Source: an uncultured virus (IMG/VR IMGVR_UViG_3300033141_005858) | Taxonomy: Duplodnaviria; Heunggongvirae; Uroviricota; Caudoviricetes | Direction: 5' to 3' (one strand) | Length of the DNA: 64,000 bases | Virus record (IMG/VR): IMGVR_UViG_3300033141_005858 | Shown: positions 26,890 to 37,157 of the stretch, in pieces | How positions within the stretch are numbered: position 1 is the first letter of the stretch | Layout of the letters: the number at the start of each line of letters is the position of its first letter | Notes under the pieces: generated by a model | The model's input: only the letters and a program-made list of their open reading frames with translations | Databases searched by the model: none | What the model was told of the DNA's origin: nothing | Program-made: the position numbers and the translations under genes

Positions 26890-29628
26890 CTAAAAAACAG
26901 AAGTCACGCAAAGCTGGCAAAGATTGCAATTTTGACATTCATAACAATTCTCACAAGCATCACACACATCACACAATGCACAATCCTGTGTTGTGTTACA
27001 TATTTGACAAGCATCACACACATCACACACTTCACAATCCTGTGCTGTGTTACATACCTGGCAGGTATCACATTTTGCACAGCTTACCTGGCTCTCACAG
27101 GAATCACACACATCACACACTTCACAATCCTGTGCTGTGTTACATACCTGGCAGGTATCACATTTTGCACAGCTTACCTGGCTCTCACAGGAATCACATA
27201 CCTGACAGGTATCACATTTTTGACAACTTACTTGGGATTCACAACTATCACACACATCACACACTGCACAATCCTGTGCTGTGTTACATACCTGGCAGGT
27301 ATCACATTTTTGACAACTTACTTGAGATTCACAACTATCACACACATCACAAGTATTGCACGCCTGGCATCCATAACAATTTTGACAGGTTCCACATGAA
27401 CTCACATTTACTTCACAAGCATTACATGCCTGGCACGTATTACACAACTGACAAGTTGAACAAGTACCAACGGTAGTTTGACATGTATTACAAGTCTGAC
27501 AAGAATTACATAGCTGGCAACCACCCTGATCTGTATTGCATAACTGGCAACTGTCACACACCGCACAACCACCCTGTGCAGATACACAGGTTTCACATTC
27601 ATAACAAACATCACAAGATTGTTCCTCTACATTACAAACCTGACAAGAATAACAAACATAACAAAAAACTTCACCCAGCGTTTGTAAATCATCCATAACC
27701 ACAAAATTAGTCTTCTCGTTTTTTGTATCTTTAACGACTTCTCGGATTCTAAAAACATCTCCATCTAAACTCCCACCAGCAACTCCTGCCCTCTCCCTAT
27801 TTAATTTCAATTTCCTTGTAGGAAATAAACCAAAACCTTTAACCCCACAAGAAGATTCTATTATAGTTAAAGGCTTAGAACACATACTAAGAATACCACC
27901 AGCCACAGATTCAGCATCTGCTGAATTTTTTAAATATGTTTCAAAAGGTAATGTATCCCTAACCTTATACTTATATAAAACAGAATAATTAACCTTCTCC
28001 ACTTCCTTAAATTCTAAAGTCTTCGGATCTTGATCATATAAAATTCTAACCTTATCCCGCACATAAGATTCATCCTGTTTCACGTCAAACTTCTTACCAT
28101 AATCTCCGTCTTTCAATTCCAAAGTACCTTCCGGTACCGTAGGCTCATAAGCCTCAAAAGATAATTTACCATTTTCAGTTGGAGCAAAAAAAGCCACAAT
28201 ACTCCGACCAATGGTTTGTAAAACTTCTCTTGAACCAACTTCAGTATCTAAATAAATAGCTAATTCATACGTTCTTAAACTCTCTGTAGCAGAAAAAGAA
28301 TCCAAATCCAAATCATCATCTAAAAAACCAAGTACATTTTTCAAAATATCCAAAGCAATTTCAGAACCATGAATCAAAAGACTTCCATCACCTGCTTCAA
28401 AGCCCTCTCCATCAATCAATAACTCGTCTCCCCCATTAACATCTATTTCTTTATGTAGAGTTAATTCAGCGTTAGCTAAATCTAAAGTATAATCAGTACC
28501 CGAAGATAATACAGTTCCATTTAAACGAACAGCACTCACCGAATGCACTTTCCGGCTCGCCCACTTCCACTTAGTGTCTCCCCCTACAATATATACTATA
28601 TCGGAATCGGAATAATTTCCAATAAGCTCACAACCAGCATCTACACACAATTGAAAAATACCATGACCAGAAGAGTTCGACCAGCTTGTATAATAATATC
28701 TATGAAAAGGTTTCCCTTTAATACCCACAATTCCAGAAGATGGAACCGCAGCATCAATTTCTTCCTGAACCTCTATTGTAGTATCCCCTTCATTATTAAC
28801 CCCAGAAACCGCAGAAGTGTATTCCCAAGGCATCTGAATACAAGTCGGAACTATATTCTCCTTTTTCCCATAAAATAAAGGAATTGGTCTACCTTCTGCA
28901 TTAGGATCTAACCTAGGATAATTAGAAGTCCAATAATGATCAATAGGAAGTGTTGCAAAAGTACCCACTCTTATATCCTTAACACTAGGAACAACCTCCT
29001 CATCAGAAACATAAGCATCAGACCAACGACCCACAAAAAATGCTTGGTACTCTGAAGAAGGAAGAGAAAGACTTCCAACCTCAATAACAACTCTAGCATT
29101 ATACCAGATATAATCAACAATCGCAGTATCCCACCACCCATTATTTTCCATACTAAAAGATCCAAAATTAAACTTATAAAAACCTTCAATTATATCATCA
29201 ACTGAAAGCTTCAATAAAGGAAAAGAATCTTGACGAACTATTGGCATACAAGGAATTCCATCAATCTCCAATACACTTGTTGCAAAAAACTTCCAACATT
29301 TTACAATAATAACCACATCAGTAGATGAATTACTAAGGTCATCATTATCGGTTGCATGTACATAAATAATTTGATTATAAAAATCAAAATACCAACTCCC
29401 AGCATTAGCCTTAACATCCCCAACAGATGTTTTTTCAGTCAACTCAACCCCATCATCCAAAACCGCATTCACTTTTTGCTCTTCACAAGTATGTGAATAT
29501 GTATTACTACCCTCAGAAACCCAACCACTACCAGTATCCATAAAAATACCCGGATTCACTTTTACCACATACTCTAAATCAGGATTAGGCAACCGAGAAA
29601 GTTTTTTCCAAGTATCCACACCACTCAT
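26890..29628 (-). CDS. Tail hub/tip protein fused to a C-terminal (Cxx)n repeat domain
   Basis: Position after Dit and TMP; GRPIPLFYG hub-like motif; last ~257 aa (26893-27663) are Cxx repeats. Confidence 0.85.
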   Translation of the reverse strand: MSGVDTWKKLSRLPNPDLEYVVKVNPGIFMDTGSGWVSEGSNTYSHTCEEQKVNAVLDDGVELTEKTSVGDVKANAGSWYFDFYNQIIYVHATDNDDLSNSSTDVVIIVKCWKFFATSVLEIDGIPCMPIVRQDSFPLLKLSVDDIIEGFYKFNFGSFSMENNGWWDTAIVDYIWYNARVVIEVGSLSLPSSEYQAFFVGRWSDAYVSDEEVVPSVKDIRVGTFATLPIDHYWTSNYPRLDPNAEGRPIPLFYGKKENIVPTCIQMPWEYTSAVSGVNNEGDTTIEVQEEIDAAVPSSGIVGIKGKPFHRYYYTSWSNSSGHGIFQLCVDAGCELIGNYSDSDIVYIVGGDTKWKWASRKVHSVSAVRLNGTVLSSGTDYTLDLANAELTLHKEIDVNGGDELLIDGEGFEAGDGSLLIHGSEIALDILKNVLGFLDDDLDLDSFSATESLRTYELAIYLDTEVGSREVLQTIGRSIVAFFAPTENGKLSFEAYEPTVPEGTLELKDGDYGKKFDVKQDESYVRDKVRILYDQDPKTLEFKEVEKVNYSVLYKYKVRDTLPFETYLKNSADAESVAGGILSMCSKPLTIIESSCGVKGFGLFPTRKLKLNRERAGVAGGSLDGDVFRIREVVKDTKNEKTNFVVMDDLQTLGEVFCYVCYSCQVCNVEEQSCDVCYECETCVSAQGGCAVCDSCQLCNTDQGGCQLCNSCQTCNTCQTTVGTCSTCQLCNTCQACNACEVNVSSCGTCQNCYGCQACNTCDVCDSCESQVSCQKCDTCQVCNTAQDCAVCDVCDSCESQVSCQKCDTCQVCDSCESQVSCAKCDTCQVCNTAQDCEVCDVCDSCESQVSCAKCDTCQVCNTAQDCEVCDVCDACQICNTTQDCALCDVCDACENCYECQNCNLCQLCVTSVF
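27013..27198. repeat. 90-nt tandem repeat within the Cxx domain, also shared with the neighbouring gene
   Basis: 27013-27108 repeats exactly at +90; 26356-26486 matches 26978-27108 with 1 mismatch. Confidence 0.9.
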
Positions 29629-29632
29629 TTTA

Positions 29633-30748
29633 TCATCCTTCTATAAACCAACTCAATGAAACCCTTGTAAAATAAGCATCCTGCCTCTGTTTATTAAAAC
29701 CAGAAGCAAAAAAACAATATTGCATAGTTTTCTTTACATCAGAAAAATCTTCAACAAAAATAAAAGGATAATGACCTCCCACCGCATCATAAACCTGTTT
29801 AAGTTTATCCAAATCATCATCTAAAACTATATAATCAACTCCTCGCAATGTCAAAACATAACCTCTACTAATATTTAAGTATCCCTTTTTTGTTCTTCTT
29901 TGCTCACTTTGATCTTCATATTTAACAACTTCTCCATATTCATAACCCCGGCTAGTTTCAATATAAGTACCAAGCAAAGGAAAACCCACCTCTACATAAC
30001 CATCAGGATTCATCCAATCCTTTATTTTCACTTTCCATTTAGATCCGCTAACTTCAGAAAAAAATAAATGTGCGCGACCTTTATCCGAATCATATATAAA
30101 ATCCCCAACCTTTTGCCACGAAGACGTGTAACGATACAACTCTAAAGTCTGATAACTTGCTGTTAAATTCAAACCCAAAAGAACACACCCCTTCATCGCA
30201 ATTGCACTGCCATCTCCCGAAGCAATCTCAAAACCAGCACAGTTATGAATTCTAACATAATCAGAAGTATAATTATCGGAACCAGTATCATCTGAAGAAG
30301 TATCAAAACCCAAATCTGCTCCTATACTAGCAGAAGCATTAGCCCCAGTAGCCCACAAAAGAGAAAAAACTACACTTTCATTTTTAATATTAAATTTATT
30401 AGCATTATCCGAATAAGATACCGTATAATAATAACCTCCCCCATGAGCTGCACTTTCTGTCTCTAAAGCAGCCTCCACTTCTGCAATCAAACTACTGGCA
30501 TCATACCAACCTGGTGTAACAACCGCAGTTAATTCTGTACCATTTTCTTTAAAATTTATATATTTATTATTATCATCTATATACCAAGAACCCCAACCAG
30601 AATTATTTCCATATTTAGACCGATAAGAATAATCCACCCAAATATCTTTTAAAAAACTAATTGGATAAGAAGGATGATAATCTCCATTCCGGATAGGAGT
30701 TACAGTACCATCTAATGTAATTGTATCCCACATAAAAACATTACCCAT
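29633..30748 (-). CDS. Distal tail (Dit-like) / minor tail protein
   Basis: Immediately downstream of the TMP; GYVEVG...G motif. Confidence 0.65.
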   Translation of the reverse strand: MGNVFMWDTITLDGTVTPIRNGDYHPSYPISFLKDIWVDYSYRSKYGNNSGWGSWYIDDNNKYINFKENGTELTAVVTPGWYDASSLIAEVEAALETESAAHGGGYYYTVSYSDNANKFNIKNESVVFSLLWATGANASASIGADLGFDTSSDDTGSDNYTSDYVRIHNCAGFEIASGDGSAIAMKGCVLLGLNLTASYQTLELYRYTSSWQKVGDFIYDSDKGRAHLFFSEVSGSKWKVKIKDWMNPDGYVEVGFPLLGTYIETSRGYEYGEVVKYEDQSEQRRTKKGYLNISRGYVLTLRGVDYIVLDDDLDKLKQVYDAVGGHYPFIFVEDFSDVKKTMQYCFFASGFNKQRQDAYFTRVSLSWFIEG

Positions 30749-33700
30749 TAGAATATCCCCTCTCCATTAACTTCATAATCAGCATATCTTCCACCCTTTC
30801 TCAAAAATGGAACCAACACATGATAAAGCCTCTCACCATCAACATTTAAGTTAACTTCAATAACCTGATTTCCACTATCTTCAGATCGCACAGGAGTAGT
30901 CTGTTTACCAAAGAATGCCCTCAAAGCAGAAGCAATCTGCTCTGGTAAAATTGCCTCCCCTTGATGAATATAACCAAAACCAGCCTTTGTAATTTCAAGA
31001 GCCCCTGTCTGAAAAGAAGGAATAGTTGCTCCTGCCCCTTTATCAAACCCGAAATTGGTTAAACCATCCAATAGAGTGAAAGACTTTTCTAACTCTTCAT
31101 TAGCATCCCCAGCAGAACGGGCAATTCTATCAAAATTATCCAACAAACTCTGCTCCATGCGATCTCCAGCCAAAGTCATATCATTAGACATATAATCCGC
31201 CATTCTATCTAAAGCACCATAAAAAATATCACCCATCTCCACAACATTATCATCAAAAGAATCTCTAAACCTATGCACATCTCGTGTTGCATTATCAGAA
31301 AATTTCGACACATCCCCTTCCATTATTTTTAAATTCCTACCAAGTTTTTGTGATAATCGATCAGTTAAAAACCCAAAAATCTCTATCAATTTCTGCAAAC
31401 GCTCATCCAACATATTAAAACCATCACTGATAGCATCTTGCATCGAATTAAAACCCTCTTTCATAATATCAGCAGTATCCACATATTCATCCTTCAAGAA
31501 ACCAGCCTGGTCTGCCTGCTGTATCATAGAACGAGTGGTTGCATCCAGAGTATAACCATACTCGTCTGCAAAATGCTGCAACTGAGATAAAGTAGGAGCC
31601 ATAATCCTTAAAGCCTGCTCTGAAGTATAACCAGCATCAACAAGACGCTGATAATAATTTAAAGCCTGATCAGCAACATCTGACAGGCTCTCGGTTGTCA
31701 GAAAACCAGTAAGCCCCAAAGATTTAAGAACATCCACATTACCTTGGATTGCTTTAAAAAGAGCTTCGTTTTCTTCTTTTAAAGTAACCATACCAGATAG
31801 TACTTTAAAAGCTTCACTGCCCTCTAAACCAAGAGCGGCATACCGATCTCTTAAAGCAGCCACTGCATCTCCCATAACATCAAAAACTTCTATCAAAGGC
31901 AGCCCCTGAGACAGCATACTCTCAAACAAAGTTAAAGATAAACGAGCTGTTCTATCTAACTCATCTTGAAGGTCGGGACCCAACTCATCCCCTAAAGCCT
32001 CTATCTGATTTTGAAGATCTTTATATTGATCAGTAGCACAACCAAACTCTTCCTGAGCCTCAATCAATTTTTGGAGCTCTTCCTCTGCTATTGTATAACC
32101 CTCAGCCATAGCTTTAAGACCTTTACTACCAGTATCAAACCACGTTTTCACATATTCAGTAACTTCTTTAACTTCAATACCCATCTTTCTTAAAGTCTGA
32201 ATAAACTTAAAGGCTGCTCTAAACGCTCCCTGACCAGCATCTATCATTTCCTCAAAAGTAGATCCTAAAAGTTCAGAAGCTGCTCTAGCATCCAAAATAC
32301 CAGAACGAATCAAACCAAGAACTTGATTCATATAACCCCAAGCCTCATTCAAAAGACCCTCCTCAATAAACGATTCTATCATCTCTTGAAGGGTATCTAT
32401 CGAAACATAAGCTGAAATCGCTCCGCTCTTTATTTTCTGAAACAGTTCATTTACTATCTTAATTGCATCCTTAAAAACCTTAGCATCTAAAGCCGCAGTA
32501 AAAATATCCATAAGCTCTTTTAAAGCAGTCATAGGAGCCCCCGGCAAAGTTCCTCTCCCTAAATAATGCCAAATCTCTTCTAATGCTTGATCAAGATAAT
32601 TATAAAACCCATTAAAACCTTTACCACTAAAAGTAACAAGACTACTTCCAAAAGTCTCATAAGCTTCTATCAAAGCTTCAACAGCAGACTGATTCTCCTC
32701 TACAGAATCTGTTAACTCATCCATCTCATCTTTTGCGTCATTAATAGCTTTATTAATGGCAGAAAATAACAAAATCACCATAGCCATAATCAACATAATC
32801 CAATTACTCATATTTGTAAATATAGTTTCAACAGACTCCGCAATTAAATCAACTAACTTCTGAGCCAAATACTGCCGAGCCGCACTCACTATAGAACGAA
32901 AAAGACTTGTAAAAGAGTCTTTAATCGACTTTGTAACATCAAAAATATCTCCAGCAAAACCTCCAAGCGCCTGGGCTAACTGCTGACTAAACGACCGTAA
33001 AGCTGAAGCCAACTCTTCCCAACCAGCTTTATAATGCTCCATAACTTTCTTGATATTCTCAATTGAAAGTTTAGTAAAAAATAATAAATAAGCTAACAAT
33101 CTATTATACATCTCCTTTTGAATCCTAACCCGCTCCTCAGAATTCGCCCTCTCTGCCCGTATCATCTCTTTTCCTTTCTTTATAAACTGATCAGCTAACC
33201 GAGAATAAGCCACCATTTGAGACATTTCTAATTCTTTCTGCATAATCTTCAACAATTCATTATATTTTTCCTCCACTTCCAACTTTTTCTCAGCCGCCAT
33301 TTCAGCCTCTTCTATTTCCTTTTGATACCGTCTTTTAACTAATTCAATTTCTGCTTTCTTCTGTTCTACAACTTTCAACCAACTCTCTCCTTCTATTTCA
33401 GCCAACATCTGAGAAATTTTACTTTGATGTTTAATTAAATCATCACCCAGACTCTGTATAAGATTTATATAATCTTCATTAGTTTCTTTACTTTTCTTTC
33501 TAAATTCCTCTAACTTTTCAATCCAACCTTCAAGAGCTTCTCGAACTTTTACATTTTTAACTTCTTCCAACCTTTTTTTTAAAGTCTCTAAAGGCTCTTT
33601 CATTGACAAAACCCACTCTTTAAGCTGCCCCTTAGAAACTGCCTTCCCCATCATATCAAAAGCTTTAACCAAACCCGCGGCATATTCTTGTAAACTACTA

Positions 33701-35973
33701 GTCGTCATTGAAGCCTCTTCCATAGTACTAATAAATGTACGCATATGATCATCTACACGCTTCTGAATATCATATTGATCTTTCTGATGCTGCGCCACCA
33801 ACACCACATCTTGCAGAAAACTTTCCAATTGCTTTTCCAAATTCTCATAAGATAAACCAGCCTGAGCCGCCATCCTCCCAAAAGACTCTCTAAAAGCATC
33901 CGCTAAAATACTATCTTCGCTTAAATAACTACCCAAGTTTTGTAAAAATTTAGCTAGCTCATTAATATCTTCCTTAGTCATTGAATCCATCATCTCAGTT
34001 GGAAGCATCCTTATACTCTGCACCGCCTTATTAAGCATATCTGTCCTTCGTAAAAGTGTTCGATACCTATTACCAACCTCACTAGCCACAGCATCCACTT
34101 TAAGCCACTGATCAATCTGTTTCTCCAAAACTTTATTAATTATACCCAACTCTCTAGCCACCCTAGCCAAAAGAGTAATCTGTTCTTGGGTAGCCGATCC
34201 CTCAAAAAAAGCCTCCAATGCTTCCTTAATCTTTTTATACATATAAACTGCTTCTTGACTAGCATAACCTAAAGCTTTTGTCATTTTAGCACTAGCCACC
34301 TCTATACCTTTAGCCTTCCGAATATACTCACCGAATGCAGAACTTATATCAGCATAATGAGTAGTCATCATTTTAATAGAACTTGACAAAGTAACCTCTT
34401 TATCAGTAACTTCCTCAACAATCTCAGCAATCTCTTTATACTTCTTCAAAGTTTTAAAATAAGCATCTGACCTTGCTCGCTCAGCCGCAATCTGCCGATC
34501 AATTGCATCAGTCCAAGATTTAATAGCCGCCTTAGCCGCAATATAAATCGGAATAGCAATCATAAGACTCCGCGAAGCAAAAGATAAAACACCAGCCCAT
34601 GCTTTAATCCTTGCAGCCGAAGCAGCCGCTTGTGCTGTTGCCGCTTTTATTTGAACATGTGTAGCATATACACTGGTAGCTAAACCAGCCATCCTTTCCT
34701 GTACTATTAAAAGTGCAGCATTTAATGCTTGAATTGCATAACGCAAACCAACCACTATTAAAATCAAACCACTAACCTCTCTAAAATTTCTAATCAAAGC
34801 CTCAAACAAATTACCCAAAATTCTAACCAAAATTGAGACTGACCCGGTATATCTCGAAACTGACATAGCAGCCTGCTGAACTTGAACCCCAAACGCCTTT
34901 ATCTCTTCTTTTAAAGTTTTTGTAACTTTTAAAAATGCCCGATGAGTAACCCCAGCTCCTTCAGCAGCCTTATCCATCTTACCTAAAATTCTAGTATAAT
35001 CTTCAATACCTTTACCAGTTAAAATAAAAGCTCCTCTCAAAGCCCGCTGCCTTCTAAAAATTTCTGGAAGTATTCCTTGATAACGAATAGACGCATTTCT
35101 TAAATCCTGAATACGCTCAGTAAAACTACGTGCTTGAAAAGCATTAATACCCCATTCCCATCCTAACTTTTTAAACCAATCCTTTGCTTTATCAATAGGA
35201 CGAAGAAATGAAATCAGCATTCTATTCAAAGCAGTAGCAGCCTGGCGTGCATCCATACCCTGCTGAGACATAGCAGCTAAAGCCGCTGCAACCTCATTCA
35301 CACCAACCCCCATAGCAGCCGCAGTCGGTAATACTGTACCTAAAGCCGCATTCAAATCTTCAACATGAAACTTACCTTCTTGAACCGAAACAAAAAGTTG
35401 ATCTGACACTTTTCGCATATCATCTGCTTTTAAATGATAAGCCTTCATAATAGAAGTCAAAGAGGAAGCAGCAGTACCTAAATCAGTCAACCCCCCTTTT
35501 GCATATTCAGCAGAAACCTTTAAAAGTTTTGTTGCCTCTGACACACTATTAACACCAGCCGACATAATCTCATAAAGACCTCTTGTTAAATTAGTAGCAC
35601 TACCCAGATGAGTGTTCATAGACAAAATTTGTTCTTTCACATTAGCAAATGCTACCGCATTCTCCCGAACCCGCGTATCTATTAAAGTCGAAACCTCAGC
35701 AAAACGATGCTCCAATTCAACTACATCTTTAAGAACAGAAGCCATTCCAGTAAAAAATGTAAAAATCATTGAATAAGTAGCTATTCTTTTTAAAGACAAA
35801 ATCAAATAATCAAAATTTGTAGACATCTTCTTTGTCATACGCATAACTTCAACCATTTTTTTATGTGTACGCTCAAATGCAGTAGTAGCATCCCCCAAAG
35901 GACGGACAACCCCCCCAGTATCGACTGCTAATTCAGCCTTAACATTTGCCTGAACATTCGTTACATCAAACAA
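30748..35973 (-). CDS. Tail tape measure protein (TP901-like core)
   Basis: 1741 aa, helical; FAEVSTL...LYEIMSAG...AKGG.TD core and C-terminal FQTGA...IHQGEAILP. Confidence 0.95.
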   Translation of the reverse strand: MFDVTNVQANVKAELAVDTGGVVRPLGDATTAFERTHKKMVEVMRMTKKMSTNFDYLILSLKRIATYSMIFTFFTGMASVLKDVVELEHRFAEVSTLIDTRVRENAVAFANVKEQILSMNTHLGSATNLTRGLYEIMSAGVNSVSEATKLLKVSAEYAKGGLTDLGTAASSLTSIMKAYHLKADDMRKVSDQLFVSVQEGKFHVEDLNAALGTVLPTAAAMGVGVNEVAAALAAMSQQGMDARQAATALNRMLISFLRPIDKAKDWFKKLGWEWGINAFQARSFTERIQDLRNASIRYQGILPEIFRRQRALRGAFILTGKGIEDYTRILGKMDKAAEGAGVTHRAFLKVTKTLKEEIKAFGVQVQQAAMSVSRYTGSVSILVRILGNLFEALIRNFREVSGLILIVVGLRYAIQALNAALLIVQERMAGLATSVYATHVQIKAATAQAAASAARIKAWAGVLSFASRSLMIAIPIYIAAKAAIKSWTDAIDRQIAAERARSDAYFKTLKKYKEIAEIVEEVTDKEVTLSSSIKMMTTHYADISSAFGEYIRKAKGIEVASAKMTKALGYASQEAVYMYKKIKEALEAFFEGSATQEQITLLARVARELGIINKVLEKQIDQWLKVDAVASEVGNRYRTLLRRTDMLNKAVQSIRMLPTEMMDSMTKEDINELAKFLQNLGSYLSEDSILADAFRESFGRMAAQAGLSYENLEKQLESFLQDVVLVAQHQKDQYDIQKRVDDHMRTFISTMEEASMTTSSLQEYAAGLVKAFDMMGKAVSKGQLKEWVLSMKEPLETLKKRLEEVKNVKVREALEGWIEKLEEFRKKSKETNEDYINLIQSLGDDLIKHQSKISQMLAEIEGESWLKVVEQKKAEIELVKRRYQKEIEEAEMAAEKKLEVEEKYNELLKIMQKELEMSQMVAYSRLADQFIKKGKEMIRAERANSEERVRIQKEMYNRLLAYLLFFTKLSIENIKKVMEHYKAGWEELASALRSFSQQLAQALGGFAGDIFDVTKSIKDSFTSLFRSIVSAARQYLAQKLVDLIAESVETIFTNMSNWIMLIMAMVILLFSAINKAINDAKDEMDELTDSVEENQSAVEALIEAYETFGSSLVTFSGKGFNGFYNYLDQALEEIWHYLGRGTLPGAPMTALKELMDIFTAALDAKVFKDAIKIVNELFQKIKSGAISAYVSIDTLQEMIESFIEEGLLNEAWGYMNQVLGLIRSGILDARAASELLGSTFEEMIDAGQGAFRAAFKFIQTLRKMGIEVKEVTEYVKTWFDTGSKGLKAMAEGYTIAEEELQKLIEAQEEFGCATDQYKDLQNQIEALGDELGPDLQDELDRTARLSLTLFESMLSQGLPLIEVFDVMGDAVAALRDRYAALGLEGSEAFKVLSGMVTLKEENEALFKAIQGNVDVLKSLGLTGFLTTESLSDVADQALNYYQRLVDAGYTSEQALRIMAPTLSQLQHFADEYGYTLDATTRSMIQQADQAGFLKDEYVDTADIMKEGFNSMQDAISDGFNMLDERLQKLIEIFGFLTDRLSQKLGRNLKIMEGDVSKFSDNATRDVHRFRDSFDDNVVEMGDIFYGALDRMADYMSNDMTLAGDRMEQSLLDNFDRIARSAGDANEELEKSFTLLDGLTNFGFDKGAGATIPSFQTGALEITKAGFGYIHQGEAILPEQIASALRAFFGKQTTPVRSEDSGNQVIEVNLNVDGERLYHVLVPFLRKGGRYADYEVNGEGIF

Positions 35974-35985
35974 AGAAATAAACCC

Positions 35986-36396
35986 TTATCTCAGTTTTTT
36001 TGCTCCCTTCATAACTCTCTGTAAATTTCTCCGCTCTTCCTCTTTTTTCTCTTTCTCTTTCCTTATATCTTCTTTTGCCGATGCTATTATCATTAAACCA
36101 TCCCACTCTTCTTTAGTAAGGTCATTAATCATAAAATGAGCTCCTACATTCTTCAACCCTTCCAGATAAAATAAATGAGAAAGCCAAGGAATAATTCCTT
36201 CAACCCCTTCGAGTTCATACAACTTACTCCTTGATTCATTGTTCGGGCACCTCTCACAAACCGTCTTCTTGTTAAGAGCAGATTTATACTTTAAACAACT
36301 ATCCTCACCAGGACACACCCTCCTTCCAAGACCCTCTCTTATAAGACTTTTTGAAGCCTCGCGTAAAAGAGAATCTATATCCCTATCTCTTTTCCC
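35986..36396 (-). CDS. Tail assembly chaperone gpGT extension (-1 frameshift product)
   Basis: The -1 frame is open from the slippery site into ORF 35986..36318. Confidence 0.8.
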   Translation of the reverse strand, partial: GKRDRDIDSLLREASKSLIREGLGRRVCPGEDSCLKYKSALNKKTVCERCPNNESRSKLYELEGVEGIIPWLSHLFYLEGLKNVGAHFMINDLTKEEWDGLMIIASAKEDIRKEKEKKEEERRNLQRVMKGAKKLR

Positions 36397-37127
36397 TCAG
36401 CAAGAGACACTGTAAATAAATTCTTAATTGCTTCTCGCTTGTGGTAAGCGTCTACCTTACTCCTCCACTTCGGATCTTCCATCAAATCTTTATTGTTATA
36501 ACGGTAACCCTTAGCACTCTCAACTAACCTATCAAACAAATCAATAAAAGGCTTAATGTCAGTAGGAACCCGAACTTCACTAACCTTTCTCTGCTTTGTC
36601 CGTACTAATTGCATTTTTGAAGAAATTCGATTAAATTTAATATAATCTTTAGACTCTGGATTTTTGAAATTAAACACAATCTCATGAACTTTATTATTCT
36701 GTAAAACCTCCAACGACATCTCTAAACTATCTTCTGCCAAATCTAAAACAGAAACTTCTTCCATACTTGTTTCCGGTTCACTCTTCAAAGACACCCACAT
36801 AAAACCCCCAATAGCCGCTAACTTGTGTTGAATAGGAATAAGATCTTTCCAATTTTCTTTTTCCATCAAAGGCTTCCCCTTAAAGGAGTAACCCTCAACC
36901 CGAAGAATCAGCTCTTCCCAAAGCTCTTCGTCTTTTTCCTGCATAGTGGATGAAACTTCAAAAATATCCTTACCTTTAGATAAACCTAGCTGAGAAACAC
37001 CTTTATGGTAATCAACCCAAACTTCCTCAGTAGGCGGACGAAAAAAATGCGTGAGAGTAATTCTCTTACCCCCACGCTCTTCAATTACCTGATGAAAAAC
37101 CTCTTTTAAACTTAAATCAAACATCAA
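36375..37127 (-). CDS. Tail assembly chaperone gpG-like (internally duplicated)
   Basis: Lies between tube and TMP; the two halves share GY...K.LME...W......HK..AI. Confidence 0.8.
   Translation of the reverse strand: MMFDLSLKEVFHQVIEERGGKRITLTHFFRPPTEEVWVDYHKGVSQLGLSKGKDIFEVSSTMQEKDEELWEELILRVEGYSFKGKPLMEKENWKDLIPIQHKLAAIGGFMWVSLKSEPETSMEEVSVLDLAEDSLEMSLEVLQNNKVHEIVFNFKNPESKDYIKFNRISSKMQLVRTKQRKVSEVRVPTDIKPFIDLFDRLVESAKGYRYNNKDLMEDPKWRSKVDAYHKREAIKNLFTVSLAEGKEIGI
36390..36396 (-). other. Programmed -1 frameshift slippery site G GGA AAA
   Basis: X XXY YYZ heptamer in the correct frame, 4 codons before the gpG stop. Confidence 0.85.
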
Positions 37128-37157
37128 TTCCCTCCTATTTATTTACTAAATTCAAAA

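Noticed and set aside
26356..27198. Diversity-generating retroelement TR/VR pair
   Set aside because: No reverse transcriptase is seen, both copies are coding, and there are too few mismatches to show adenine-specific mutagenesis.
26082..27663. Multiheme cytochrome or ferredoxin interpretation of the Cys repeats
   Set aside because: No His at all (no CxxCH), no CxxCxxCxxxCP and no signal peptide.
26135..27698. His/Thr-rich plus-strand ORFs and Val-rich alternative-frame ORFs over the Cys repeats
   Set aside because: These are shadow frames of the TGT-periodic repeat. They have no RBS and conflict with the minus-strand operon.
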